Source of the DNA: Candidatus Elulimicrobium sp.
GTDB taxonomy: Bacteria > Patescibacteriota > Minisyncoccia > Phycocordibacterales > UBA918
Reading direction: 5' to 3'
DNA length: 63,072 bases
Assembly (NCBI GenBank): GCA_020720815.1
Contig: DYNY01000005.1
Location: 1-63,072, forward strand
A program made the position numbers and the translations under genes. The notes beneath the pieces were generated by a model. The model saw only the letters and a list, made by a program, of their open reading frames with translations, had not been told where the DNA came from and searched no databases. This document shows positions 1 through 9,986 of the stretch, piece after piece; position 1 is the first letter of the stretch, and every line of letters begins with the position of its first letter.

Positions 1-64
1 ACATCAGTCTGGGTTCTGCTGGAAGTAAGTCCGAACTTTTTGGTATAATGACCACCAAATTTGA

Positions 65-119
65 TTTGTTAAAGAAGTTGCCTCGGGGGGCTTCGCCCCT
101 CGGCAACTTCTTTAACAAA
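65..119. repeat. long stem-loop (18-bp perfect stem plus 4 G-C pairs), possible terminator downstream of the minus-strand phosphohexomutase gene
   Basis: tttgttaaagaagttgcc (65-82) is the exact reverse complement of ggcaacttctttaacaaa (102-119); gggg 85-88 pairs with cccc 96-99. Confidence 0.5.
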
Positions 120-249
120 CACCACCAATGCAAAATGGGCACACTGAGATGGGTTTTTTGTTTGTAGATTTTAAGCAATGTACCTGCGACCAGCGTTTTT
201 ATGAGCGTAGGGAAATACTATAAAATGATAATACTGCCGTATTAAATAC

Positions 250-1596
250 TCAATCTCGAATAATTTTTAGAATCTGGTCTCTTTTCTCCTGCATTAATTC
301 TATTGTATTGGCTTCCAAATTTAAACGCATTACCGGGTCATTAGCTGATGGTCTTACGTTGCACCACCAGTCCTTAGCTTCGATTGAAATTCCGTCCTGT
401 TTAGATATATTTAAGTGAAGAAATTCATTTTCAAGATCATTATATACTTCGTTTGGGGTACGACTTATTGTACTGTTTATTTCACCGCTTTGACTATACT
501 TTTTTATTTCCTTAACAAGAGTACTTAAAGATTTTTTTTCTTTCGCCATTATTTCCATAATGATAAAAACTGGTAATGGACCACCTTCAGAAAAAAAGGA
601 TTGTTTGAAGAAGAAATGTCCAGATAATTCTAATCCCAAGATAGCACCTTCATTGCGCATTCGTGTTCGAATATGCGTATGACCAACTTTTTCACGCACA
701 ACAACACCGCCCAACCTTTCAATTTCTTCAACTACGCAGCGAGAGGATCTAATATCGCAAACAATTGTCGCCTTCGGATGTTCAGCTAAAACATATCTAG
801 CTAATAATGCACCAATTAAGTCACTGGCTATTGGTTTACCTAATTCATCAACAAATCCGACTCGGTCAGCATCCCCATCGAAGGCGACGCCCAAATCTGC
901 TTTCCGACAAGTCACCTCTTCTCCAAGTGAAAGTAAAGCCTCGTGCTTGATTGGATTAGCCTCATGGTTGGGGCAAGTATGATCATAAGTATCAAAAATA
1001 GTATAAACAGTTATGTCGGGTTCAAAAGCTCGAAAAGTATTAATCTCCAGGATACCAATCATGTTGGCGGGGTCAATCACTAGCGAAAGCCCTGAGCTAG
1101 TTAAATCATGCTTAGTCTTGAATTTTTCTATCCAATCTTTTTGCAAAGCATGAGTAGTTAAAGTACCGTGTATTACTTCTTCGGAAAAAGTATGAGTGCC
1201 AACAATACCACGTATAAGTTGTAAAACATCACTTGTTACCGGTCTAGCATCCTCTACGGTAATTTTAAGCCCGTTATAGTCTGAAGGCATATGCGAAGCC
1301 GTAATCATGACCGTCATATCAACACTAGTAGAGCCACACATATAATACGACATTGGGGTAGTACAAAGACCAAGATCAATAACATTAACACCGCTTTCTA
1401 AAAAACCTCGAGATAATGCCGAAAAAAGTTCTGAGGCCGAAGGTCGTATGTCATAACCGATGGCGACGTTTTTGACTAAAAAATGTAAGGTCAATGCTTT
1501 GGCAATTTTATAGACCTCAGTATCAGTAATTTCCTCGGGGTATTTACCACGAATATCAAAATCTCTATAAATAGTTTTTTGGTTTTCAAAAGTCAC
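250..1596 (-). CDS. phosphomannomutase/phosphoglucomutase (alpha-D-phosphohexomutase family)
   Basis: 448-aa ORF with active-site Ser loop TASHMPSDYNGLK, metal-binding loop FDGDADR and sugar-binding GLELSGH. Confidence 0.85.
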   Translation of the reverse strand: MTFENQKTIYRDFDIRGKYPEEITDTEVYKIAKALTLHFLVKNVAIGYDIRPSASELFSALSRGFLESGVNVIDLGLCTTPMSYYMCGSTSVDMTVMITASHMPSDYNGLKITVEDARPVTSDVLQLIRGIVGTHTFSEEVIHGTLTTHALQKDWIEKFKTKHDLTSSGLSLVIDPANMIGILEINTFRAFEPDITVYTIFDTYDHTCPNHEANPIKHEALLSLGEEVTCRKADLGVAFDGDADRVGFVDELGKPIASDLIGALLARYVLAEHPKATIVCDIRSSRCVVEEIERLGGVVVREKVGHTHIRTRMRNEGAILGLELSGHFFFKQSFFSEGGPLPVFIIMEIMAKEKKSLSTLVKEIKKYSQSGEINSTISRTPNEVYNDLENEFLHLNISKQDGISIEAKDWWCNVRPSANDPVMRLNLEANTIELMQEKRDQILKIIRD

Positions 1597-1702
1597 GGTG
1601 TTATTTTATGGCCGTTAAGTTAGTGACATGTACATCCAAGTTTATTAGCTCATATGCACAAATTTATCTATTGAAAGAATAAATCTTTGCTATTATAACA
1701 CT

Positions 1703-2206
1703 ATGAACACAAGCATAATAATTTTTAGTATTGTCCAGGCTATTAGTATCTCACTTGGGGTAGGAAGTGCTACTATCGCCATTTTAAACTTCTTTCAAGC
1801 CATTAAAGATGGAATGATTGATCCAGCTGAACGATCATTTTTAGGTATTACCTATATAGTATTACGAGTAGCAATGATTATGATACTTTTAACCACTATA
1901 AGCTTAGCTATGTTTGGTTATTACCAAACTGGGTCTGATTACATTACTAGTTACGTTATCGCACAGATTTCACTCATCCTAATTCTTTTTGTTAATGCCA
2001 CCCTAATGACATTACATATAGTGCCAAAGGCTCTTGGCCCGGCCATACAAGCCAGTAGTTGGTATTCACTAGGGTTTATTTTAGCCTTAGCGCAACAAGG
2101 TTTAGGTGGCTTTACGTTTACCACTTTTACCTTGTTGTATGTTGGACTGATTATTGTTGCTACTTTTATTATCGGAGCTATTATGCAATATCAAAGAAAA
2201 AACTAG
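1703..2206 (+). CDS. multi-pass membrane protein, function unknown
   Basis: 167-aa ORF with 4-5 hydrophobic helices; no recognisable catalytic motif. Confidence 0.5.
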   Translation: MNTSIIIFSIVQAISISLGVGSATIAILNFFQAIKDGMIDPAERSFLGITYIVLRVAMIMILLTTISLAMFGYYQTGSDYITSYVIAQISLILILFVNATLMTLHIVPKALGPAIQASSWYSLGFILALAQQGLGGFTFTTFTLLYVGLIIVATFIIGAIMQYQRKN

Positions 2207-2227
2207 AATCAAATTTAGGTTAGATTA

Positions 2228-5200
2228 TCATTTAATAATTAAAGATTTTTTTAGTTCATTTCGATAAAATAAAGTGGGGACAAGAATTAGGGTAAGTACC
2301 ATTGCAAAAGTCAGTCCAAACATAATAGCAAATGCTAGTGGACTCCAGAAGTCAGAAATGGTTGAAAGGGGGACCATACCTACTACTGTTGTAATGGTAG
2401 TAAGCATAATTGGTCTAAATCGAGATACTGAAGCATCAGCCACTTGATCAAGTAGTGAGGTACCAGTTATATTAGTTGCTTTGTGGTTAATTAATGAATC
2501 TAGCAAAATAATCGCATGATTAATTATAACTCCGGCTAAAGCTATTACACCCAATAGGGAAGTAAATGATAAGGCTAAGCCAGTGATAGTAAGTCCAGCA
2601 AAGACGCCAATTAAAGAATACGGTACAGCTAAGAGTAAGTACAAGGAATATCTGATTGAGTTGAAGGATAATACTAAAATGGCCAACATTAGTAGCAAAC
2701 CGGCAACTAATGCCAAAAACATTTCAGTAAAAGATTGGTTGATATCTTCCGCTTCTCCGCCATAGGTAATTGTCATGTCACCAGCTAAATCTAGTTCAGA
2801 TTCACTCTTTTTAAATTCGGTTAGAATTTCGGTTGCTGTTGTATCACCAGTTGTGTAAGCTTGGACTTCAATCACTCGGCGTTTATTTTCACGATTTATG
2901 GCAGCGTTTGCCGGAGACATTTTGTCGGAAATAATCGAACCAAGCAAAATACTTTGTCCAGTCTGAGTGGCAATCTGAATACTTTTTAGTTCATCTATTT
3001 GAGTCTCCTGTATGGTAGACCAAGTTAATAACTCATCTGGAGAGCCTAATCTGACTCGAACATCAATATCTTCACCATCACGATTTAAGGTAGTAGCTGT
3101 TACACCAAACACGCTAGCGCGCAAAGCACTAGAAATAAGAGCCGGATTGACTCCTAGCTGACTTGTCTTTCCTTTATCAATTTCGATAACAAATTCGATT
3201 GCACTACTATCAGCTGTTGTTTCTACATCACGTATCCCTGCGATTGAAGTCAATTTAACTGCTACTTCTTCTGCCACTTCCGATAAACTAGCAGGGTCAC
3301 CACCACTCAGTTTTATTACTACCGGTGCTCCGGTTGGCGGTCCATTTTGTTGTTCAGTAATTTTTACTACAGCATCTGTAATTTTTACGAACTTGTTTCT
3401 TAATTTTTCAGAAATTTCAGCACTAGTCACAGACCGGTCCTCTTTTAGGGTGACTGTGATATTACCAAAGCGTCCACCTGAGCCACCACTACCAGTAAAA
3501 ACTGAACCAGAACCAACGTTAGTAGCAAACGATTCAACATCGGGTATTTGGTAAAGAATTTCCTCCACTTCCTTGATTGCAGAATCAGTTACAGCTAAAG
3601 GACTACCTTGTTTTGTTTCAATATCTACATAAATAAAATCTACGTTTTCTGGTGGAAAAAAAATTACTTTGAGTGCACCGGTAGCAGGAAGAGTCAAAGA
3701 AACAATGAAAGCAATAAATAATGACCAAAGAAAAATTCTTTGGTGCTTAGTATTTTTTAAAAAGCTTACTAGATGTGTTCGATACCATGTTTGGGCTAAC
3801 TTTGTATAATACTCTTGTTTCTCTTCAAATTTATTTGCCTTTGTGGTAGTCGCCAGAGTAATTGCGATTAGTGGAACCATGCCGAGGGCGACAATTATGG
3901 AGGCTAATAGAACAAATATTATAGTGAACGGGATAGATGCGATAAACTCACCAATTACTCCGGAAAGGAAAAATAGAGGTGCAAATACAGCCACCGTCGT
4001 CATTGTACCAGCGATAAGTGGCCAAGAATACTCTTTGATTGTTTCTTGTGCAGCAAAAAGTGCATCACCACGCTTTTGAATTCTTGTATGAATAGCTTCT
4101 GTTACCACAATGCCTGAATCAACCAAAATACCGACTGCTAGGATTAAGGCAAATAGTGAAATAAAGTTTATGGTATTACCAGACATGTATAGACCAATAA
4201 AAGCAATCACGAATGAAAGTGGGATAGAAAGGCCGGCTACTAGGGATTCACGCCAGCCGATAGTTAAAAGTAGGCTAACCATAACTAATAAGACAGTTTC
4301 AAGACCAGCTTTTATTAGCTCACTTAAGTCCGTGTATGTTTGTTCGCCTAGGTCATAAACAACTAAAACTTGCGAATTTTGAAGCAAACCACCAGGCCCC
4401 TGTAATTTAGCCAACTGTTCATTCACAGCATCTGACATAGTGGTTACGTTTTCCTCAGATTTTTTAAAAATGGACAATGTCATGGCCGACTCAGCCATAG
4501 CATTGGCGACTGATACCCTAGAGACAGTACTTACTGGTGCCACGGTCTCAGCAACAATTGCAACATCACGTAAATATACTGGAACGCCAGCACGGTTAGC
4601 CACAATTATATTCTCAATGTCTGTAATGTTTTGTAGGGTGCTATCAATACGAACACTATATTCAATATTTGCCGTTTGAATAATACCAACAGGATAAGTG
4701 CTGTTACCACTAGAAATAGCAGCAGTAATTTCACCGACGCTAAGTCCGTACTTTGCTAAACGTGCAGGTTCAATTACAACTTGCACTTCACGATTTCGAG
4801 TACCACTAATTACCACCTCACTGACACCAGGAACTGATTTAAATTCATCAGCTAATAATTCACTAAGGGCAGTAAATTCTGTCGGAGTAGCATCTGAGGA
4901 TATTGAAATAACTAAGATTGGTTGATTGGCAAAATTTACTTCTGACACAAAAGGATCTTCTACTTCACGCGGAAGTTCCCCCACAACTGAGTCAACTGCG
5001 TCACGTAATTCTTGCAACGAAGCATCAATATCCGCTGATGCGTCAAACTCGGCGGTGATATTAGACACTCCATCGCGCGAAACAGAAGTTAAATTATCTA
5101 GGCCCTTAATATTTTCAATAGAATCTTCTAATGTAGCTGTTACTAATTCTTCAACATCAGACGCACTAGCTCCGGGATAAATTGTAGTAACAATACCGAC

Positions 5201-5332
5201 CGGAACAATTACTTCTGGTGCAGACTCCTTTGGTATTGCGACCAAAGTGTAAAGACCAACTGCCACTAAAGTTGCAATTACCAACCAACTAAACTCTTGT
5301 TTGCGAAGAAAAAAAATCCAGAAATTATGCAT
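2228..5332 (-). CDS. RND efflux permease (AcrB/AcrD/AcrF-like)
   Basis: 1034-aa ORF with the 12-TM, two-large-loop RND layout; N-terminus ...AIPKESAPEV..P and TM4-like LILAVGILVDSGIVVTE are typical. Confidence 0.85.
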   Translation of the reverse strand: MHNFWIFFLRKQEFSWLVIATLVAVGLYTLVAIPKESAPEVIVPVGIVTTIYPGASASDVEELVTATLEDSIENIKGLDNLTSVSRDGVSNITAEFDASADIDASLQELRDAVDSVVGELPREVEDPFVSEVNFANQPILVISISSDATPTEFTALSELLADEFKSVPGVSEVVISGTRNREVQVVIEPARLAKYGLSVGEITAAISSGNSTYPVGIIQTANIEYSVRIDSTLQNITDIENIIVANRAGVPVYLRDVAIVAETVAPVSTVSRVSVANAMAESAMTLSIFKKSEENVTTMSDAVNEQLAKLQGPGGLLQNSQVLVVYDLGEQTYTDLSELIKAGLETVLLVMVSLLLTIGWRESLVAGLSIPLSFVIAFIGLYMSGNTINFISLFALILAVGILVDSGIVVTEAIHTRIQKRGDALFAAQETIKEYSWPLIAGTMTTVAVFAPLFFLSGVIGEFIASIPFTIIFVLLASIIVALGMVPLIAITLATTTKANKFEEKQEYYTKLAQTWYRTHLVSFLKNTKHQRIFLWSLFIAFIVSLTLPATGALKVIFFPPENVDFIYVDIETKQGSPLAVTDSAIKEVEEILYQIPDVESFATNVGSGSVFTGSGGSGGRFGNITVTLKEDRSVTSAEISEKLRNKFVKITDAVVKITEQQNGPPTGAPVVIKLSGGDPASLSEVAEEVAVKLTSIAGIRDVETTADSSAIEFVIEIDKGKTSQLGVNPALISSALRASVFGVTATTLNRDGEDIDVRVRLGSPDELLTWSTIQETQIDELKSIQIATQTGQSILLGSIISDKMSPANAAINRENKRRVIEVQAYTTGDTTATEILTEFKKSESELDLAGDMTITYGGEAEDINQSFTEMFLALVAGLLLMLAILVLSFNSIRYSLYLLLAVPYSLIGVFAGLTITGLALSFTSLLGVIALAGVIINHAIILLDSLINHKATNITGTSLLDQVADASVSRFRPIMLTTITTVVGMVPLSTISDFWSPLAFAIMFGLTFAMVLTLILVPTLFYRNELKKSLIIK

Positions 5333-5333
5333 A

Positions 5334-6914
5334 CTATTTAGCTCTAATATTTACTAAATCTCCAGCTTTTAAACCTCTGGCATCAAGCACAATTTCAGTG
5401 TCGAGGGTTATTCCGCTATGAACTATTACTTGATTTCCAGAAACGGGACCAAGAACAACTGTTCTTGTTTGCAGTTTATTATCTTCAGTTACGATAAAGA
5501 CGAAAGCGTCGTTTGTGCCTAGCTTAATAGCCGATAATGGAACAATTATTTCTTGATTGTTTAACTTGTTTGATTTAGAGGCAATTACTCGAACAGTATT
5601 TCCAGCTTTAAGATTTCCACTTATAACACCAATCCTAACTTCAATTTTACCAGTCGCAAGGTCTACAGCCGGAGAAATGTTTGTCACTGTGCCTGATGCC
5701 GTACCACCAAGCGCTACTACATCGCCAATCATAATCTGACTGCTCTCAGCAGTATCGATATAGGTAGTTATCTCAAGTCCGTTATTGTTAGCAATTTCTG
5801 CTAGTGGAGCTCCTACACCAACATAGTCACCGGCCCGTACGGAAAGTTGATTTATTGTTCCAGTGATAGGTGATCGGACGACAGTCTTCTCATAGTTGGC
5901 TTGAGCGGAGCGTAAACTACCTAAGGCTTGTTTTACTTGTGCATCCATAGCCGAAGCATTTCCACCACTAGCGGAAAGCTTAGCCTTAGCTAAACCATCA
6001 ACACCATCCCAAATAGCTTTTTCGGCCGTCTCAAGACTAAAAATAACTGAGACAAGCCTAGATCGGGCATTACTGAGCTGTGCAGCAATAGTTTCAATTT
6101 CCAAGTCTGAAAAGCTAGAAGTGTTATCATGTTCACTAACTAATGGTATTAAAATATCAACTAGATTTAGAAGACGAAGTACCTCCGCTTTAGAAACTTG
6201 TAGTCGAGATAAAATAGCCGGTGTTTGATTACCAACAAGAGTCGCTTTGTTCCAGGTAGCGAGAATATTACGAAATGCTACTCTTTCCTCATTTAAAAAA
6301 GTAGTTTGACCGCGACCATTGATTCTTAATCCGATAAAACCACTGTTAGCAGAAGAAAATAGCTGATCGATATTATTAAGCAAAACATCACTAATAGTGG
6401 TGAAAGCTGTCTGGTTTGCCACCCGAGTAGTATCTATTGCACTATCAAGTCGAGTTTCTGCTTCTGTTACACTGATGTCAGATTGGGCAGATTGAGACAA
6501 GATGGCTTCATAGTATCCCTCGGCCTGTAGTAAAGACGCCTTTTGTGAAGCGTTTTCTAACTGCGTAATAATTGTGCCAGGGGATACAACTTGCCCCAAA
6601 GAAACATTTACTGATAACACGCGTCCGCCAACTTCAGCTTGTAGTTTAGCTTGTGTTTTAGCTGATACCACACCAATAACCTCAAGAGAATTATTACTTT
6701 GTAAGGCAGCTGAACTACTAAGTTCAACAGTGGGTTTAGGAGTTTCTTCTATTAAACTCTTATCACTAGAAGAACTGGTTTTAAAAATTAAAAAACCCAC
6801 TAAAATTACTAGAGTTATTAAGACAATATATACTGTGCGTTTACCATACCAACCATAAAACTTCTTTAACATAAACAACGCATAGATAATTAAATAATTT
6901 TTAAAGTGTAACAC
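5334..6914 (-). CDS. RND efflux periplasmic adaptor (membrane-fusion protein, HlyD-like)
   Basis: 526-aa ORF ending 1 nt upstream of the RND permease start. It has an N-terminal TM anchor, lipoyl/beta-barrel-like segments (GTIITQLE..., SPITGTINQLSVRAGDYV) and a long central coiled coil. The true start may be the internal MLKKF (about 6872). Confidence 0.7.
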   Translation of the reverse strand: MLHFKNYLIIYALFMLKKFYGWYGKRTVYIVLITLVILVGFLIFKTSSSSDKSLIEETPKPTVELSSSAALQSNNSLEVIGVVSAKTQAKLQAEVGGRVLSVNVSLGQVVSPGTIITQLENASQKASLLQAEGYYEAILSQSAQSDISVTEAETRLDSAIDTTRVANQTAFTTISDVLLNNIDQLFSSANSGFIGLRINGRGQTTFLNEERVAFRNILATWNKATLVGNQTPAILSRLQVSKAEVLRLLNLVDILIPLVSEHDNTSSFSDLEIETIAAQLSNARSRLVSVIFSLETAEKAIWDGVDGLAKAKLSASGGNASAMDAQVKQALGSLRSAQANYEKTVVRSPITGTINQLSVRAGDYVGVGAPLAEIANNNGLEITTYIDTAESSQIMIGDVVALGGTASGTVTNISPAVDLATGKIEVRIGVISGNLKAGNTVRVIASKSNKLNNQEIIVPLSAIKLGTNDAFVFIVTEDNKLQTRTVVLGPVSGNQVIVHSGITLDTEIVLDARGLKAGDLVNIRAK

Positions 6915-7152
6915 ATAAAACCTTATTTGTCCATACTAATTTAAGTCTTTTTTAAACCATACCAACAAGGTATTTTGTGTCCTGTATTAAGCCAACGGCT
7001 TCTAAAATAATAATACTTTGTTAGGTTAAATTTGATTGTCATTTTAGTAAAAACATTTGATTAAGGTTATATGATATCAAACCTATAGAGCATCATAATG
7101 AACGAACTTGTAAACTCAAAATAGCTCAAATTATGATACAATCTCACACATT

Positions 7153-7467
7153 ATGTTTGGAAAATTAAAACAATACGCATTAAAAAAAGTCCTTAAGTCG
7201 CAGATGAAAAACGTACCAGCTGACCAACAACAAATGATTATGGAAATGTTGGAGAAAGATCCAGCCTTATTTGAAAAAATTGCCAGGGAAACACAAGAGG
7301 AGTTAAAAAAGAATGGCAATAATCAGATGGCGGCAGCCATGAAGGTACTGCCAAAGTATCAAAAGGAGATCATGAATGTTATGAGTCCAGAAATGAAAGA
7401 CAAATTAATAAAAATGCAAATTGGATCTCAAGGCAAGTTCAATCCAAATGGAAGTATTCGCCAGTAA
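7153..7467 (+). CDS. small helical hypothetical protein
   Basis: 104-aa ORF followed by a strong hairpin terminator; no recognisable motif. Confidence 0.4.
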   Translation: MFGKLKQYALKKVLKSQMKNVPADQQQMIMEMLEKDPALFEKIARETQEELKKNGNNQMAAAMKVLPKYQKEIMNVMSPEMKDKLIKMQIGSQGKFNPNGSIRQ

Positions 7468-7476
7468 AAAGTAATC

Positions 7477-7507
7477 AACACGCCCATAACTACGTTATGG
7501 GCGTGTT
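7477..7507 (+). terminator. hairpin terminator
   Basis: aacacgcccataac / gttatgggcgtgtt forms a 14-bp perfect stem with a 3-nt loop just after the 7467 stop. Confidence 0.6.
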
Positions 7508-7525
7508 CCGCTATACTATTAGTAT

Positions 7526-8110
7526 ATGCAAAATCCCAAAAATATTGTGCTGTTGTGTGGGCATCCCGATACAGATTCTTTCAGTGCTATGATGACCGAT
7601 CATTATCAAGCCGGAGCTGAAGATGCAGGACATACTGTATCGCGAGTCAATATTGGTGAACTACACTTTGACCCGGTTTTACATAAGGGTTACAAAGAAA
7701 TACAAGCTCTAGAACCTGATTTGATTGAGTTACAAAATAAGTTTTTAGCAGCTGACCATATTGTAATTGTTTACCCAAATTGGTGGTGTACTATGCCAGC
7801 TGTATTGAAAGGTCTATTTGATAGATTTTGGCTACCTGGTTTTGCTTTCAACATAAACAAGGAAACTAAAAAAATTGACAGGCACTTAAGTGGCAAAACT
7901 GGTCGAATAATAATTTTATCCGGGTTACATAGCCCTTTCATGACTTGGTGGAAATTTGGTGATTTTACTAACGAAATTCAATACGGCATCATGGAATTTT
8001 CTGGTATACGAACTGAAGTAACAGCTTTCGGTCCTTCAGAAAAAGTAGACGAAACAACGCGAAATAAATGGCTGAAAGAAGTAGAAAAATTAGGTAAAAA
8101 AGGTCTCTAA
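7526..8110 (+). CDS. flavodoxin-like NAD(P)H-dependent FMN oxidoreductase (quinone reductase/KefF-MdaB-like)
   Basis: 194-aa ORF; N-terminus IVLLCGHPDTDSF plus YPNWWCTMPAVLKGLFDR is typical of the Flavodoxin_2 family. Confidence 0.7.
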   Translation: MQNPKNIVLLCGHPDTDSFSAMMTDHYQAGAEDAGHTVSRVNIGELHFDPVLHKGYKEIQALEPDLIELQNKFLAADHIVIVYPNWWCTMPAVLKGLFDRFWLPGFAFNINKETKKIDRHLSGKTGRIIILSGLHSPFMTWWKFGDFTNEIQYGIMEFSGIRTEVTAFGPSEKVDETTRNKWLKEVEKLGKKGL

Positions 8111-8135
8111 AGAAGAAGCAAAACCCTTAGAAACC

Positions 8136-8164
8136 TTGACTTATAAGGTGTTTTGTACTATTAT
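8136..8164 (+). promoter_or_regulatory. sigma-70-like promoter
   Basis: TTGACT (8136-8141), 17-nt spacer, TATTAT (8159-8164), upstream of the G+C-rich lipoprotein gene. Confidence 0.45.
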
Positions 8165-8228
8165 AAAAATAGTAGATGCTTAAAATATAAGCATTAAAAT
8201 TGTTCCCCACAACTAATTGGAGGCTCTA

Positions 8229-8666
8229 ATGAGCAAACATTTCATGGCCATTATGACCAGCTTGATTGCGGCACTCATTTCTGGGTGCACCACGGTACTG
8301 TACCCAGGCACTCTGACCATTGGCGGCGGCGCTACTTATGCCACCAAAAAAATACCCCCAGTTTGCTTTTGGGATAAAATGGATTCCCGGCACGGGAGCA
8401 TATCACAACGTTCGTTTTCACGAACCTGTACTGAGACGTACAATCTGGGTGAGTTGACCTGCACCCGGACCTGGCGAGAAAGCTGGGCTCGTCAAGATGC
8501 ACCCGGTAGCAAAAACGACGTTCGGTCATCGAGCTACCACTCAAGTCAGCCACGCTGTGTACCACGCCCAGCACCAAGGTATACACCCACTCCCAGGTCG
8601 TGGACGCAACCGCAAGGAATGCCTTTGTTTCAGCAGGCACCGGCACCACGTGTGATACCTGCTTAG
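8229..8666 (+). CDS. G+C-rich putative lipoprotein, function unknown
   Basis: GGAGG (8219-8223) lies 5 nt before ATG 8229. The signal peptide has a lipobox (LIAALISGC). The stop codon sits in the loop of a 10-bp hairpin (8652-8677), followed by a second terminator hairpin. The track start at 8217 is a TTG. Confidence 0.55.
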   Translation: MSKHFMAIMTSLIAALISGCTTVLYPGTLTIGGGATYATKKIPPVCFWDKMDSRHGSISQRSFSRTCTETYNLGELTCTRTWRESWARQDAPGSKNDVRSSSYHSSQPRCVPRPAPRYTPTPRSWTQPQGMPLFQQAPAPRVIPA

Positions 8667-8686
8667 TCAGGTATCACTCAACACAA

Positions 8687-8715
8687 AAAAGCATTGCCCT
8701 CCGGCAATGCTTTTT
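8687..8715 (+). terminator. rho-independent terminator
   Basis: aaaagcattgcc / ggcaatgctttt forms a 12-bp stem with loop ctcc, followed by a T-run. Confidence 0.7.
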
Positions 8716-8899
8716 CAATGATTTAAATGTTATATTTTTATATTTGAATGATAAAGTTACTTGGTACCTAGATTTAATTAAACCGACCTGTGCACCCAGA
8801 GGTTGGTTGGTTCGGCCAGGTCTGGAGCGTTTTATATATTAAAATCTTTGCTTCGCGACTGTACTTCAACTCACTATCACTTACTCAAACTGGTAAAAC

Positions 8900-9913
8900 C
8901 TATTGACCTTGTCCATACAGCGACTTTAATAGCACTACGTGTTCCTCGTAGGTATTGGTGCAATGAAAGCCACCGTCATCATCATGGAAATAAAACATAC
9001 ATTTGGTGTTGCGCGGATTTAATGCTGCTACTACAGCTTCAACCGAAGGATTAGCGATTGGTGAGGGTGGAAGGCCAATTTCTTGATAGGTATTATAAGG
9101 AGATTCTATAAATTTATCCCCAGGCTTTATCTTTGGCCACCATTTATTCTCATCAATAAGACCCCCTCTGGTGTACTGCAAACTTGCATCAAGTTGTAGT
9201 GGCATGTCAATAAACAAGCGATTCCAGATTACTCCAGAAATTATTCGCATATCAGTAAAATCATAAGCTTCACGTTCTAAAAGCGAAGCAATAGTCAAGG
9301 CATTTTTTAAAGGTACTTTAGCTGAGACAATTTCATCATAACGATTTGCTATTTCCTCGGAAAACTTAGCTAACACTAAGTCAGCTACATCTTTTGGTGT
9401 GGCTGTTTTTGCTACCGTGTAACGACCAGGGTAAAATTTACCATCTGAAAAAGTCGGTACGGAATCAATTACTAGGTTTAAGAATTCTTTTTTCTCATAT
9501 TCGCTCCAATCAAGAATATCGCCAAAGTTTTTTACCACCTCTTCTTTTCGTTCGCCAGAATATATAACAAGTATTCGAGTTAGAGGTGAGGCTAATTGCT
9601 GATAGAAATCTAGTTTGGCTAGTTCATAAATTAATTTATCTAAAAAACGTTCTTTTTTCCTTAGGTCAGGATTGATTGATAAATACTGTCTAACATAAAT
9701 ATCTACGGCTGGATCCTCTACAATAATTTCTTCCTTCGGACTGACCCCAACTGGAAACGGTAAAGCGAGATGGTTATCGGTGACAGTCTTAGTATCTGTT
9801 TCATCATATTTTAAACTTACTGCGTAGATACCAAAAGTTATAACAGCTATACAAAAAGCACCAGTTATAATGAATATTAAAAAATAGAGCGGTGAACGAA
9901 ATAACCACTTCAT
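8900..9913 (-). CDS. mltG: endolytic murein transglycosylase MltG (YceG-like), paralogue 1
   Basis: 337-aa ORF with an N-terminal TM anchor; carries the YceG signatures ASLLEREA and YNTYQEIGLPPSPIANPS. Confidence 0.8.
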   Translation of the reverse strand: MKWLFRSPLYFLIFIITGAFCIAVITFGIYAVSLKYDETDTKTVTDNHLALPFPVGVSPKEEIIVEDPAVDIYVRQYLSINPDLRKKERFLDKLIYELAKLDFYQQLASPLTRILVIYSGERKEEVVKNFGDILDWSEYEKKEFLNLVIDSVPTFSDGKFYPGRYTVAKTATPKDVADLVLAKFSEEIANRYDEIVSAKVPLKNALTIASLLEREAYDFTDMRIISGVIWNRLFIDMPLQLDASLQYTRGGLIDENKWWPKIKPGDKFIESPYNTYQEIGLPPSPIANPSVEAVVAALNPRNTKCMFYFHDDDGGFHCTNTYEEHVVLLKSLYGQGQ

Positions 9914-9986
9914 AATGATATTATTATTTTACATTATTTATGAAGTTATAGCAGTCCATATCTTTTAAATATGGTAATATTCTGAA

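Noticed and set aside
2583-5180. Six plus-strand ORFs of 60-84 aa inside the RND permease gene
   Set aside because: All are antisense to a 1034-aa gene with clear RND architecture, and their translations are low-complexity. They are spurious.
8770-8830. tRNA-like or structured-RNA appearance of ccgacctgtgcacccagaggttggttggttcggccaggtctgg
   Set aside because: Only a 6-bp gacctg/caggtc helix forms. There is no T-loop (GTTCGANNC), D-arm or acceptor pairing on either strand. No tRNA could be found anywhere else in the window either.
8332-9054. ORFs 8332-8649(-), 8600-8842(+) and 8803-9054(+) in and after the G+C-rich islet
   Set aside because: High G+C suppresses stop codons in all frames. Only the 8229-8666 frame has an SD, an ATG, a lipobox and a terminator directly after its stop. 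ORF 8803-9054 overlaps the 3' end of mltG antisense.
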